From Patescibacteria group bacterium (GTDB lineage: Bacteria > Patescibacteriota > Patescibacteriia > SG8-24 > DYFX01), in assembly GCA_041659045.1 (NCBI GenBank), contig JBAZZB010000002.1, forward strand, positions 85,427 to 149,426: a DNA stretch of 64,000 bases. The letters run 5' to 3'. Below are positions 31,102-40,606 of the stretch, piece by piece (the stretch's first letter is position 1; every line of letters starts with the position of its first letter). The notes below the pieces were generated by a model. The model did no database searches. It was given only the letters and a program-made list of their open reading frames with translations, and was not told the DNA's origin. The translations under genes were made by a program, and so were the position numbers.

Positions 31102-31350
31102 GAAAAGACCCACGAAAGTGGGTCTTTTCTTATTAACGAACATCTTTGATAAGCCGTGAGCTGTCGCCGAATGGTGGCACTGCCACGCACCGCTTGCTAC
31201 TCCATAAAAAAAATGGTGTACGTTGCGTACACCAATTCGCTGCGGTGATCCGAGAGAGCGATGAAAGATCTCAGCGAACGTGCGCTATATGAGTTCAGCG
31301 TCCGCTAGGTCCTCAGTCGGCGCCGGCTTGGCACAACGCGTCTGGGTGCT

Positions 31351-31419
31351 TCAGTGGCAGCAGCAGCTGCAGCCACCGCCGATGACGGCGAGGAGCACGA
31401 TGATGGCGATGATCTCCAC
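31351..31419 (-). CDS. 22 aa hydrophobic peptide with Cys-rich tail
   Basis: GTG-start MEIIAIIVLLAVIGGGCSCCCH*; GGAGAAAGGA upstream; promoter TTGACA-N17-TATTTT (31559-31531); terminator at ~31207-31234. Confidence 0.55.
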   Translation of the reverse strand: MEIIAIIVLLAVIGGGCSCCCH

Positions 31420-31628
31420 GGCGCTGTTTCCTTTCTCCGGGTACGAGGTGATGGGACGGTGGGAATAGATCGATCCGGGGGGGGCGACCGTACATTCCGA
31501 GCCTGCGGCTTCCCGACCCTTTCCAACTGCAAAATATACAATTAGCCCGCAATTGTCAAGAGTGACGGGATGGTCGATCCAGTGCCAACTTCGACACCAT
31601 ATAAAAAACCGTCCCTGGAGCAGGGCGG

Positions 31629-31877
31629 TTATCCGAAGAGGTAGAATGACTTCGTCCCGGCGCGGGCGGCACGGACGCCTGCAGCGAGGAAATCGGGATG
31701 CCGAACACCGTCGGTCATCGCCGCGATGACACGCTCGGAATTCACCTCCGTGCCGGCGTCGGCTGTGGGATCTATGAGTTTGGCGTCCTTGCGCATCTCA
31801 TCGGCGTCGGTGCCGACGAAATAGAGCTGGCCGCTTCCGTTCGAACACGTGAACTTCATGTATCGAATACCCGACAT
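31629..31877 (-). CDS. Hypothetical protein (82 aa)
   Basis: MSGIRYMKF... after SD GGAGGT; terminator at ~31603-31630. Confidence 0.6.
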   Translation of the reverse strand: MSGIRYMKFTCSNGSGQLYFVGTDADEMRKDAKLIDPTADAGTEVNSERVIAAMTDGVRHPDFLAAGVRAARAGTKSFYLFG

Positions 31878-31983
31878 CGCATACCTCCGTGTAGGGCCTA
31901 CTCTGAGGGTAGCGAAAGACCGAGGAAACGGCAACCCTTGCTTTTTTGATGATTTTAGGCTATCCTGTCAAAGAATAACCTCT

Positions 31984-32403
31984 ATGAATGAACGCATTGA
32001 GCCAGTAAAATCCGATCGATCAACCGAGCATCCTTCGGAAGTTTCAGGCGAGATCGGCATGGATGCAACCGAAAAGAAAGCTGCCCTACGCGTGCAGCTG
32101 CAAGAACTGGGAACGAAGCGAGAAAGCTATCAGCGTTCTTGGAGAGAGGCGTTCGACGCGTTTAAAAAGCAGAAGGAGGAAAACGACCAGGAGCGCGCCA
32201 CCATGGAACGTTTGAAACTCGGCAACAAACTCAATTTGTCAGAAGCCGATCTGAAGTCCAGCGACGAGCGCATGAAAGAAAACGAGGAAGCAGCCTTCCG
32301 CAACGCCGAGAACTACATGAAAGATCTGCGTGAAATCGGCGACGAGGTTTCAAAGCTGCATGACGAATTAGAGGAGCTCGAACGAAACGACAGCGTCAAC
32401 TAA
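31984..32403 (+). CDS. Hypothetical coiled-coil protein
   Basis: MNERIEP...; Glu/Lys-rich heptads. Confidence 0.6.
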   Translation: MNERIEPVKSDRSTEHPSEVSGEIGMDATEKKAALRVQLQELGTKRESYQRSWREAFDAFKKQKEENDQERATMERLKLGNKLNLSEADLKSSDERMKENEEAAFRNAENYMKDLREIGDEVSKLHDELEELERNDSVN

Positions 32404-32425
32404 CAGGGCTTTGCCGGCCGCTGAG

Positions 32426-32501
32426 CGGGGTGTGGCCTAGTGGCTAAGGCGTCTGCTTTGGGAGCAGAAGACCGTGAGTTCAAATCTCACCACCCCGACC
32501 A
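32426..32501 (+). tRNA. tRNA-Pro(TGG)
   Basis: CGGGGTG...TCTGC-TTTGGGA-GCAGA...TTCAAAT...CACCCCG-ACCA. Confidence 0.95.
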
Positions 32502-32566
32502 CTGGCCGGCAAAACAAAAACGGCGCGCCTTCAACGGCGGGTCGTTTTTCTATTCCTAGAGTGAGC

Positions 32567-32678
32567 GGCACTCGCGCCGCTTGCGCAGCGAGGACTGTCT
32601 GAGGCAAGGCGAGCCGCGATTGTCGAGCCCGGTGCCGCAGGCAGCCGAGTTCCGCAGCAAGCAAGCGGCGCGGGTGCC
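32567..32678. repeat. MITE-like palindromic element
   Basis: 17/18 inverted repeats GGCACTCGCGCCGCTTGC (32567-32584) and GCAAGCGGCGCGGGTGCC (32661-32678); flanked by an imperfect ~30 nt direct repeat beginning AACGGCGCGCCTT. Confidence 0.55.
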
Positions 32679-32757
32679 AGCGAACGGCGCGCCTTGACGG
32701 GCGGGCCGTTTTTGCTTAAGGTCGGGGCGTCCACAGCACAACAAGAAGGAGTCCGAC

Positions 32758-34344
32758 ATGAGAGCGCTCGCACAGAAGAAATACGACGTCATCGTCATCG
32801 GCGGCGGCCACAACGGCCTCGTCTGCGCGACCTACCTCGCCAAGGCAGGAAAGAAGGTTCTGCTGCTCGAGCGCCGCTCCATGCTGGGTGGCGCCTGCGC
32901 GACGGAGCCCTTCCCTGGCATGCCCGAGGCCTTCCAGACCACGGCGTCCTACGTCCTCGCGATCACACCGAAAGGTATCGTCGAGGAGCTGGAGCTGTTC
33001 AGGCACGGACTCAAGCTGCACGAACGCGATCCAAATGCGTTCACCCCACTCAAGGACGGCCGCTACTTCATGCGATGGAACGACGCGGAAAGGACGCGCG
33101 CCGAGATCGCCAAGTTCTCGTCGAAGGACGCGGAGAACTACCCGCGCTTCGAGGCGTCGGTCGCCGATCTCGCCGAGTTCACGCGCTGGCTGATGTTCCA
33201 GACGCCGCCCGACCCCTTCCGAACGCGCGACGTCTTCAAGATGATCAGCCTCGCCCGCAAGGCGCTGAAGCTCGGTCCCGAGAAGATCAAGCGGCTGGTC
33301 GACCTCTTCAGCATGAGCGAGTACGACTACGTCCGACGCTATGTGACGAGCGAGCCGCTCGTCGCCACGATCTGTTCGGACGGCATCATCGGCACCTGTG
33401 GCGGTCCTCGCTCCCCCGGCACGGCCTACGTGCTCCTGCACCACGACATCGGCGACCTCGGCGACGAGCCCGGCAAGTGGTTCTACGTCGAGGGTGGCAT
33501 GGGCGCGATCGGCACCGTCATCGGCAACGCCGCCCGCGCCGCTGGTGTCACCATCATGACGGACGCCGAAGTGGTGCGCGTCATCGTTGAGAAGGGCTGC
33601 GCTGTCGGCGTCGAAGCGATCGTCGAAGGCGTACCGATGTGCTTCAAGACCAAGACCATCGTCTCCGGCGCCGACTTCCACCGGACGTTCCGCATGCTCG
33701 ACCCGAGCGATCGCCCGGCTGGCACGGATGAACTCCTGTCCAACTTCGACACCCGCTCGCCGACCTGGAAGACCAACATGGTCATCTGGAACACACAGGA
33801 ACGGCACCTGACGTGGGCCTGCGACTACAAAGGTTCGCTGATACCCGGCACGATCCACCTGCCGCTCGAGAACACGGACGTCATCGAACGCGCCTACGAC
33901 GACTTCAAGTACGGCGAGCTCTCGAAGGTGCCGGTCCTCGAGATCTGCTGCCCAACGACGGTCGACCGCACGCTGGCGCCGCCGCAGTTCCATGTCCTCT
34001 CGATCCTTGGACAGTACGCGCCGTACGACACGCCCCGCGAGCTGCTGCAGCAGCGAACGCTCGAGGTCATGCGCCAGTACTGCAACATCGACGAGGTGCT
34101 GGTGACGGCGGACACGCACTCCCCCAAGGACATGGAGATGCGCTTTGGGCTGACCGGTGGCAACATCTTCCAAGGTGCCATGCCGCTCAACCAACTGTTC
34201 TTCATGCGCCCCGCGATGGGCATGGCCCGCTACCGCACCCCCATCAAGGGGTTCTGGATGTGCGGCTCGTCCTGCCACCCCGGCGGCGGCGTGACCGGCA
34301 TCCCCGGCCACAACGCCGCCCGAGAGATCCTCAAGGGCTGGTAG
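32758..34344 (+). CDS. Phytoene dehydrogenase-like FAD oxidoreductase (PYROXD2/COG1233-like)
   Basis: IGGGHNGLVCATYLA, LLERR..LGGA, GGMGAI, GLTGGNIFQG, YRTPIKG...CGSSCHPGGGVTGIPGHNAA. Confidence 0.9.
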   Translation: MRALAQKKYDVIVIGGGHNGLVCATYLAKAGKKVLLLERRSMLGGACATEPFPGMPEAFQTTASYVLAITPKGIVEELELFRHGLKLHERDPNAFTPLKDGRYFMRWNDAERTRAEIAKFSSKDAENYPRFEASVADLAEFTRWLMFQTPPDPFRTRDVFKMISLARKALKLGPEKIKRLVDLFSMSEYDYVRRYVTSEPLVATICSDGIIGTCGGPRSPGTAYVLLHHDIGDLGDEPGKWFYVEGGMGAIGTVIGNAARAAGVTIMTDAEVVRVIVEKGCAVGVEAIVEGVPMCFKTKTIVSGADFHRTFRMLDPSDRPAGTDELLSNFDTRSPTWKTNMVIWNTQERHLTWACDYKGSLIPGTIHLPLENTDVIERAYDDFKYGELSKVPVLEICCPTTVDRTLAPPQFHVLSILGQYAPYDTPRELLQQRTLEVMRQYCNIDEVLVTADTHSPKDMEMRFGLTGGNIFQGAMPLNQLFFMRPAMGMARYRTPIKGFWMCGSSCHPGGGVTGIPGHNAAREILKGW

Positions 34345-34409
34345 CCGTCCGATTCTCGGACGGTTTTTTTGTTGCCAAATAACACATGCCCTGCCACAAT
34401 GTCCGCACT

Positions 34410-34730
34410 ATGGAACTCCACAATCCAGACATCGCGCCCGAAATGCGCAAATCTTCGAACGCGGCTGAGAATCAGAATGAAAGAAACATGATTCAAGCGG
34501 CGCTCATGATGCGCTACCCTGAGGGCGATCTGGCGTGGTCGCAGCGCTATGCGCGCGCATTCCGCTCGTTGTTCATGACCGACGACTTTGTCGAACTCGT
34601 ACGAGAAGCGCATTTCTCGGAAGATCAAGAAGAGAAAAATGGAGCCCTGACGCGCATTCAGGAAATGCTTGAAGAAGCTTGGCAAAAGAATCCTGATCTG
34701 CGCGACGATACAGAATGGCGGCTGGTTTGA
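34410..34730 (+). CDS. Hypothetical protein
   Basis: MELHNPD..., 106 aa; -10-like TGCCACAAT 9 nt upstream. Confidence 0.55.
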   Translation: MELHNPDIAPEMRKSSNAAENQNERNMIQAALMMRYPEGDLAWSQRYARAFRSLFMTDDFVELVREAHFSEDQEEKNGALTRIQEMLEEAWQKNPDLRDDTEWRLV

Positions 34731-34774
34731 AAACGGCGCAAAGAAAAAACAGCACGTTGAGTGCTGTTTTTTCA

Positions 34775-34848
34775 TGGAGCGGGCGAACGGAATCGAACCG
34801 TCGTGGCCAGTTTGGAAAACTGGAGCTCTACCATTGAGCTACGCCCGC
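34775..34848 (-). tRNA. tRNA-Gly(TCC)
   Basis: Reverse strand GCGGGCG...CCAGT-TTTCCAA-ACTGG...TTCGATT...CGCCCGC-TCCA. Confidence 0.95.
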
Positions 34849-34918
34849 CAGGTCGCTCGCGAGCGACGTGGCCCGCCTGTCCCGAGCAAAGCCTCGGGGC
34901 GAAACCGACACCTTTGTA

Positions 34919-35407
34919 TCAAACACGGCGCCTTGCGTCAACCATCGAGACCGCGGCGCAATAGGCAATCGCGAGCGCATCTGCAGCATCATCGGGCTTC
35001 GGTATTTCCTTGAGAGACAGGAGGCGTTTGACCATCTCCTGCACCTGCCGTTTGTCGGCTCCGCCATAGCCCGTCACAGCGACTTTAATTTGCATTGGGG
35101 TGAACTCCGAGATCGACATGCCGCCGTTCTGCGCAGCCATGAGTGCGACACCACGCGCCTCACTGACGGTCATCGCCGTCGTGACATTCTTTTGGAAGAA
35201 CAATTTTTCGACTCCGACATGCTCGGGCTGATGCTCAGTCATGAGCGCGCTGAGTGCGTCGTGCAAAAAAGAAAGTCTCTCCGGCTGTGGCATCTCCTTT
35301 GGCGTTTCAAGGCATCCATGCGCCACGTGTGTCAGACGAGAGCCTTCCTTACGCAAGACACCAAACCCGAGTCGCGCCGTGCCCGGGTCGATGCCGAGAA
35401 CGATCAT
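34919..35407 (-). CDS. ruvC: Holliday junction resolvase
   Basis: LGIDPG, VEKLFF, EARGV, TGYGGADKRQV, DDAADALAIA. Confidence 0.97.
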   Translation of the reverse strand: MIVLGIDPGTARLGFGVLRKEGSRLTHVAHGCLETPKEMPQPERLSFLHDALSALMTEHQPEHVGVEKLFFQKNVTTAMTVSEARGVALMAAQNGGMSISEFTPMQIKVAVTGYGGADKRQVQEMVKRLLSLKEIPKPDDAADALAIAYCAAVSMVDARRRV

Positions 35408-36126
35408 AGTTCAACGTTGGTGTGCACCGCTTTAACGTCTTCATCCTCTTCAAACGCGTCGAGCAAATCGGCGAGTGCGACTTTCTGATCTTCTGGAGCC
35501 GCTAACGTTTCTTTAGCGACGTATTCCGGCTCAGCCGAAGCGATCTTGAAACCAGCTTTTTCAATCTTGGCACGCACGTCGACGAGATCAGCGAACGACG
35601 TAATGATTGTCCAACCCTGCTCGGCGCGCTTGATGTCTTCCGCGCCAGCTTCAATCATCTGCATCTCAACTTCGTCTTCGTCTTTGCCTTCGATCGCCTC
35701 CGCCGGAATCGCAATAACACCCTTGCGCTCGAACATCCAGGCGACCGAACCCGTCGCGCCGAGGTTGCCGCCGTTCTTGCTGAAATAATTTTTGACGTTC
35801 GAAACGGTGCGCGTGCGATTATCCGTGACGGTTTCGATCAGTACCGCCGCGCCGCCCGGGCCGTAACCCTCGTAGACCAGTTCTTCGAGCGCTGCCGATT
35901 CCAACTCCCCCGTTCCCTTCTTGATGGCGCGCTCGATGTTGTCCTTCGGCATGAAGGCCTCCTTCGCCTTTTCGATGGCGGTGTAGAGTTTCGCGTTCAT
36001 CGCCGGGTCTCCCCCCTTTTCTTTCGCGGCCATCGTGATGGCACGTCCGAGCTGCGTGAACTTAGCCGCACGCTGAGCGTCAGCTTTCCCCTTACCGAGC
36101 TTGATGTTTTGCCAGTGGCGTCCCAT
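35404..36126 (-). CDS. yebC: YebC/PmpR family protein
   Basis: MGRHWQNIK, MPKDNIERAIKKG, YEGYGPGG, TDNRTRT. Confidence 0.96.
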   Translation of the reverse strand: MGRHWQNIKLGKGKADAQRAAKFTQLGRAITMAAKEKGGDPAMNAKLYTAIEKAKEAFMPKDNIERAIKKGTGELESAALEELVYEGYGPGGAAVLIETVTDNRTRTVSNVKNYFSKNGGNLGATGSVAWMFERKGVIAIPAEAIEGKDEDEVEMQMIEAGAEDIKRAEQGWTIITSFADLVDVRAKIEKAGFKIASAEPEYVAKETLAAPEDQKVALADLLDAFEEDEDVKAVHTNVEL

Positions 36127-36202
36127 AGGTGTGTTTGTGGCCAAAGTATCCCAAAATAAGGCCGAATCGTCAATAAAAATGACCTCGCGAAGTGTCGCGG
36201 GG

Positions 36203-36577
36203 TCAAGGAGAAAGGTGGGTGAGGCCGAGCCGTTCGAGAAGTTCGCGGCGGCGCCGGTCGTAGATCACTGTCGTGAGTTGCGTTGCCATGCGGCGCGCGA
36301 ACACTCGGAAGTCGTAGACGTTCGTGAAGCCGGTCAGTGTTCCCTCCTCCTCAAAGGCACAGACCGTGCACATGCGGCGGGGCAGGATCGTCTCCGCATC
36401 GCTTGGCGGCCAACCGATCTGATCAATCTCACGCTCGTGGAGCTCGCCCTCGTGCGGACACCTCTCCTGCATTGCGATCGTCAACCGTTGGCGCTCGCGT
36501 TCGGCCATGACGATCGTTCCGTTCTGAACACGAATCGCGCTCACGTAGACATCAGGATCAAAGCCGGAAATCGACAT
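36203..36577 (-). CDS. Hypothetical protein with CPH...CxxC motif
   Basis: Start MSISGF after GGAGG; upstream TTGACA at 36627-36632 on the minus strand. Confidence 0.6.
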   Translation of the reverse strand: MSISGFDPDVYVSAIRVQNGTIVMAERERQRLTIAMQERCPHEGELHEREIDQIGWPPSDAETILPRRMCTVCAFEEEGTLTGFTNVYDFRVFARRMATQLTTVIYDRRRRELLERLGLTHLSP

Positions 36578-36670
36578 GATGACCTCCAAATTCACGTGCG
36601 CGTATCTCACCTGAAAAACACGATTCTGTCAACGAAAAAACCCCGCGCATGCGGGGCTTTTTCTGCGATC

Positions 36671-39600
36671 TTACGAGCGTGCGTCGAGGCTGGGAGACAT
36701 GATCTGGTCGACCGAGATCGCGGCTTCGCCAGGCTTGTGGAAGCCCGTACCTGCCGGAATGAGGCGACCAATGATGACGTTCTCCTTGAGACCTTCGAGG
36801 CGATCAAGCTTGCCGGAGACGGCAGCGTTGATGAGCACCTTGGCGGTTTCCTGGAAGGAAGCGGCCGAGAGGAAGCTCTCTGTCGAGAGAGAAACCTTCG
36901 TGATGCCGAGGAAGAGTTCGTCGGCTTCGGCCGGCGTCTTCTTCAAGGCCTTCGCGCGGGCGTTCTCTTCTTCGAAGACAGCGCGTTCAACGGTTTCACC
37001 AGGAAGAAGCTCAGTGTCGCCGGCTTCCTTCACGTAGACGCGAGAGAACATCTGCTTGATGATCACTTCGATGTGCTTGTCGTTGAGCTTTTGACCCTGC
37101 GACGAGTAGATCTTTTGCGTTTCGTGCGTGAGATACGTCTGGACCGCTTCGCGGCCCTTGTACTTGTAGAGCTCCTGAAGGTCGAGGTCGCCTTCCGTGA
37201 GCTGGTCGCCCGGTTCAACCTGCTGGCCGTCCTTCACGTAGAGCACGTAGCCCGGCGGAATGACGTACTCGGTATCCTTGTTGGCCTCGCCGACAAGCGT
37301 GATCGCCGTCTTCACGACTTTGACCACGCCGCCGAAGGGGGCCCATTCCTTGGTACCGTCCTGGCGATTGATGAGTGACTGGCCCTGAGCAACTTTCTCG
37401 CCGTCTTTGACGGCAACTTCGTCGCCCTTCATAGCCTTGAACTTCACCTCGGCTTCTTCGGTGTGGCTGATGCGCACGACCTTGGAGCCAGAGAGCGCGT
37501 CGACGATACGTTCGCCGGATGCGGTCTCGATGATGCGGCGTTCGACTTCCTGGATCTTGGCGATGCCGGCGACGTCGGCCATGAAAGCCTTGCGCTTCGG
37601 CGGGCGAGCTTCGAAGAGTTCTTCGACGCGCGGGAGACCCTGGGTAATGTCGGAACCTGCGACACCACCGGTGTGGAATGTACGCATGGTGAGCTGCGTG
37701 CCCGGTTCGCCGATGGACTGCGCGGCAATGATACCGACGGCCGTGCCCATGCGGACGAGCTTGTTGTAGCCCAGGTCGTAGCCGTAGCACTTCTGGCAGA
37801 CGCCCTTGCGCTGCTTGCAAGTGAGGACGGAGCGGACGTGGACAGTCGGGATCTCGAGCTTCACCATTTCGCGGGCGTTGGCTTCGGTCACGATATCGCC
37901 AGCTTTGACGATGACCTTGCCCGTTTCCGGATGTTTGACGTTCTGGAGAGCCGTGCGGCCGACCGTGCGAGCCGCGACGGTTTCGCCCATCTCCTTCGAT
38001 TCTTCGGCGGTGATCTCCATGCCCACATCGGTGCCGCAGTCTTCGCTATGAATGACCACGTCCTGCGCGACGTCGACGAGACGGCGGGTCAGGTAACCGG
38101 CGTTGGCGGTACGAAGCGCGGTGTCGGTAAGACCTTTACGCGCACCGTGCGTCGAGATGAAGAATTCGAGGACGTCGAAGCCTTCCTTGAAACCCTTCTT
38201 GATCGGCAGTTCGATAATGTCGCCGCGCGGGTTGACCACGAGACCTTTGATACCGACCATCTGGGTCAACTGGGACCAAGAACCACGAGCACCGGATTCA
38301 ATCATGGACGCGACCGAACCTTCGCGAGGGAGCTGCTCCTTGGCGAGCTTCGTGATGCGATCCTTGATCTCTGTCCAGACTTTGATGATCTGGAGGTAGC
38401 GTTCGTGCTGTGTGAGCAAGCCTTCGCTGTATTGCTCTTCGATCTCTTCAACGCGCTTTTCGCCTTCGGCGAGGAGATCCGGCTTGCCCTTAATCGTCGG
38501 CAAGTCGTCCATACCCCACGAGAAACCGGAGCGGGACGCGTAGTGGAAACCGAGTTCCTTGAAGTCGTCGAGGAGTGCCGCAGCGCGTTCAGCGCCATGG
38601 AACTCGAGACAGAGACGAACAAGGTCCGCGGACTTCTTGGTGTCGAGCGCTTCGGAGATGCGCGGCAAGCCTTCCGGCAAGACGCTGTTGAGCAAGATAC
38701 GGCCCTGCGACGTTTCAACCGGCTTTTCGCCCTTCTCGACGCGGCAGAGGATCTTTTCGTTGAGCTTGATGTTGCCGGTCTGGTACGCGAGGCGCACTTC
38801 AGACGGAGATGCGAAGGCTTTGACGACGCCGTCGCCACGGTCGGTGAAGCGCGAGAGGTAGTGGATACCCCAGATGATGTCCTTGTTCAACATGGCCGGC
38901 GGCGCGCCCGTAGCCGGTTTGAGCAAGTTCTTGGAGGAGAGCATGAGCTCGCCCGCTTCGCGCTTGGCTTCTTCCGTGAGCGGAACGTGGACGGCCATTT
39001 GGTCACCGTCGAAGTCAGCGTTGAAGGCTGGGCAGACCATCGGGTGGAGCTGGATCGCCTTACCTTCGATCAACGTCGGCTGGAAAGCCTGGATCGAAAG
39101 GCGGTGGAGCGTAGGAGCGCGGTTGAGCATCACGTAGCTCTTCTTCGTGATCTCTTCGAGAATGTCCCAGATTTCCGAACGGCCGGATTCGATGAAACGG
39201 TTGGCCGAACGGATGTTGTGGCAGAACTCGTGCTTGATGAGCTGCGCGATGACGAACGGCTTGAAGAGTTCAAGCGCCATACGCTTCGGCAAGCCGCACT
39301 GCGAGAGCTTGAGGCGCGGACCGACGACGATGACCGAGCGGCCGGAGTAGTCGATGCGCTTACCGAGCAAGTTCTGGCGGAAACGACCCTGCTTACCCTT
39401 GAGCTGGTCGGCGAGGGACTTCAGCTGGCGCTTGCGGCCGGTCGTGGCGATGACCGTCTTCGACTGGCGAGCGCTGTTGTCGATGAGTGCGTCGACCGCT
39501 TCCTGGAGCATGCGCTTTTCGTTGCGCGAAATGACTTCCGGAGCGTTGAGTTCCTGGAGGCGCTTCAAGCGGTTGTTGCGGTTGATGACGCGGCGATAGA

Positions 39601-40582
39601 GATCGTTCAGGTCGGAGGTCGCGAAGCGGCCGCCGTCGAGCGAAACCATCGGGCGAAGATCCGGCGGGATGATCGGGATAGCGGTCATGACCATCCACTC
39701 TGGGCGGATGTCGTTGCGATCGAGGTTGCGGAGCAACTTCACGCGGCGGACGAGTTTGTCCTTCTTCGCGCCAAAAGCGTCAATCAGTTCGGTTTCGAGC
39801 TGTTTGATCGTCTTCTTGAGATCGACGGCCTTGAGGAGGTCGTATACCGCTTCGGCGCCGATACCGGCTTCGAAGAGGTGACCAAACTTGAGCGACCACG
39901 TCTGATAGACGTGCTCGGAAACGATGCGCATCGGTTCGAGCTCTTTGAGCTCGCGCATGGTGTCGTTGTAGTCCTCTTCGAGCGAGGCCATCTTCGCCTC
40001 ATTGATCTCGAGAGCCTTCTTCAATTCCTTGTCGGAAGACTCTTTGGCACGGAGCTGTTCCATCTGGCGCTCAGCTTCGTTCTCGAGCATCTTGCGCTTG
40101 CCTTTGTACTCCTGCTTGAGCGCTTCGATCGTCTGGAGTTTGCCCTCCATGTCGACCTTCGTGATGATGAAGTTCGCGAAGTAGATGACCTTTTCCAAGT
40201 TCATCACGGACATGTCGAGTACGAGACCAATTTTGCCCGGGATCGAGCGGAGGAACCAGATGTGCGAAACAGGGCTCGAGAGATCGATGTGACCCATGCG
40301 CTCGCGGCGAACCAGCGAGTGCGTGACTTCCACGCCGCACTTTTCGCAGACGATGCCCTTGTAGCGCACTTTTTTGTACTTGCCGCAGTAGCACTCCCAG
40401 TCCTTGGAAGGACCGAAGATTTCTTCGGCAAAGAGACCGCCCTTTTCAGGCTTCTGGGTGCGGTAGTTGATGGTTTCCGGTTTCGTGACTTCGCCGTACG
40501 ACCATTCGTGGATCACTTCCGGAGAAGCAATCTTGAGGCGGATCGCGTCGAAGTCGATAACCTTGGCTTCTTGTCGCATCAT
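36671..40582 (-). CDS. rpoC: RNA polymerase beta' subunit
   Basis: Zn ribbon CYCGK...CEKC; NADFDGD; GEPGTQLTMRTFH. Confidence 0.99.
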   Translation of the reverse strand: MMRQEAKVIDFDAIRLKIASPEVIHEWSYGEVTKPETINYRTQKPEKGGLFAEEIFGPSKDWECYCGKYKKVRYKGIVCEKCGVEVTHSLVRRERMGHIDLSSPVSHIWFLRSIPGKIGLVLDMSVMNLEKVIYFANFIITKVDMEGKLQTIEALKQEYKGKRKMLENEAERQMEQLRAKESSDKELKKALEINEAKMASLEEDYNDTMRELKELEPMRIVSEHVYQTWSLKFGHLFEAGIGAEAVYDLLKAVDLKKTIKQLETELIDAFGAKKDKLVRRVKLLRNLDRNDIRPEWMVMTAIPIIPPDLRPMVSLDGGRFATSDLNDLYRRVINRNNRLKRLQELNAPEVISRNEKRMLQEAVDALIDNSARQSKTVIATTGRKRQLKSLADQLKGKQGRFRQNLLGKRIDYSGRSVIVVGPRLKLSQCGLPKRMALELFKPFVIAQLIKHEFCHNIRSANRFIESGRSEIWDILEEITKKSYVMLNRAPTLHRLSIQAFQPTLIEGKAIQLHPMVCPAFNADFDGDQMAVHVPLTEEAKREAGELMLSSKNLLKPATGAPPAMLNKDIIWGIHYLSRFTDRGDGVVKAFASPSEVRLAYQTGNIKLNEKILCRVEKGEKPVETSQGRILLNSVLPEGLPRISEALDTKKSADLVRLCLEFHGAERAAALLDDFKELGFHYASRSGFSWGMDDLPTIKGKPDLLAEGEKRVEEIEEQYSEGLLTQHERYLQIIKVWTEIKDRITKLAKEQLPREGSVASMIESGARGSWSQLTQMVGIKGLVVNPRGDIIELPIKKGFKEGFDVLEFFISTHGARKGLTDTALRTANAGYLTRRLVDVAQDVVIHSEDCGTDVGMEITAEESKEMGETVAARTVGRTALQNVKHPETGKVIVKAGDIVTEANAREMVKLEIPTVHVRSVLTCKQRKGVCQKCYGYDLGYNKLVRMGTAVGIIAAQSIGEPGTQLTMRTFHTGGVAGSDITQGLPRVEELFEARPPKRKAFMADVAGIAKIQEVERRIIETASGERIVDALSGSKVVRISHTEEAEVKFKAMKGDEVAVKDGEKVAQGQSLINRQDGTKEWAPFGGVVKVVKTAITLVGEANKDTEYVIPPGYVLYVKDGQQVEPGDQLTEGDLDLQELYKYKGREAVQTYLTHETQKIYSSQGQKLNDKHIEVIIKQMFSRVYVKEAGDTELLPGETVERAVFEEENARAKALKKTPAEADELFLGITKVSLSTESFLSAASFQETAKVLINAAVSGKLDRLEGLKENVIIGRLIPAGTGFHKPGEAAISVDQIMSPSLDARS

Positions 40583-40606
40583 ATTGGTGTGGCTTTGCGT
40601 GATGCG

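Noticed and set aside
32716-34311. 531 aa minus-strand ORF
   Set aside because: Shadow of the FAD oxidoreductase gene.
30423-34775. Integrated element between the tRNA genes
   Set aside because: No integrase and no duplicated tRNA 3' end seen.
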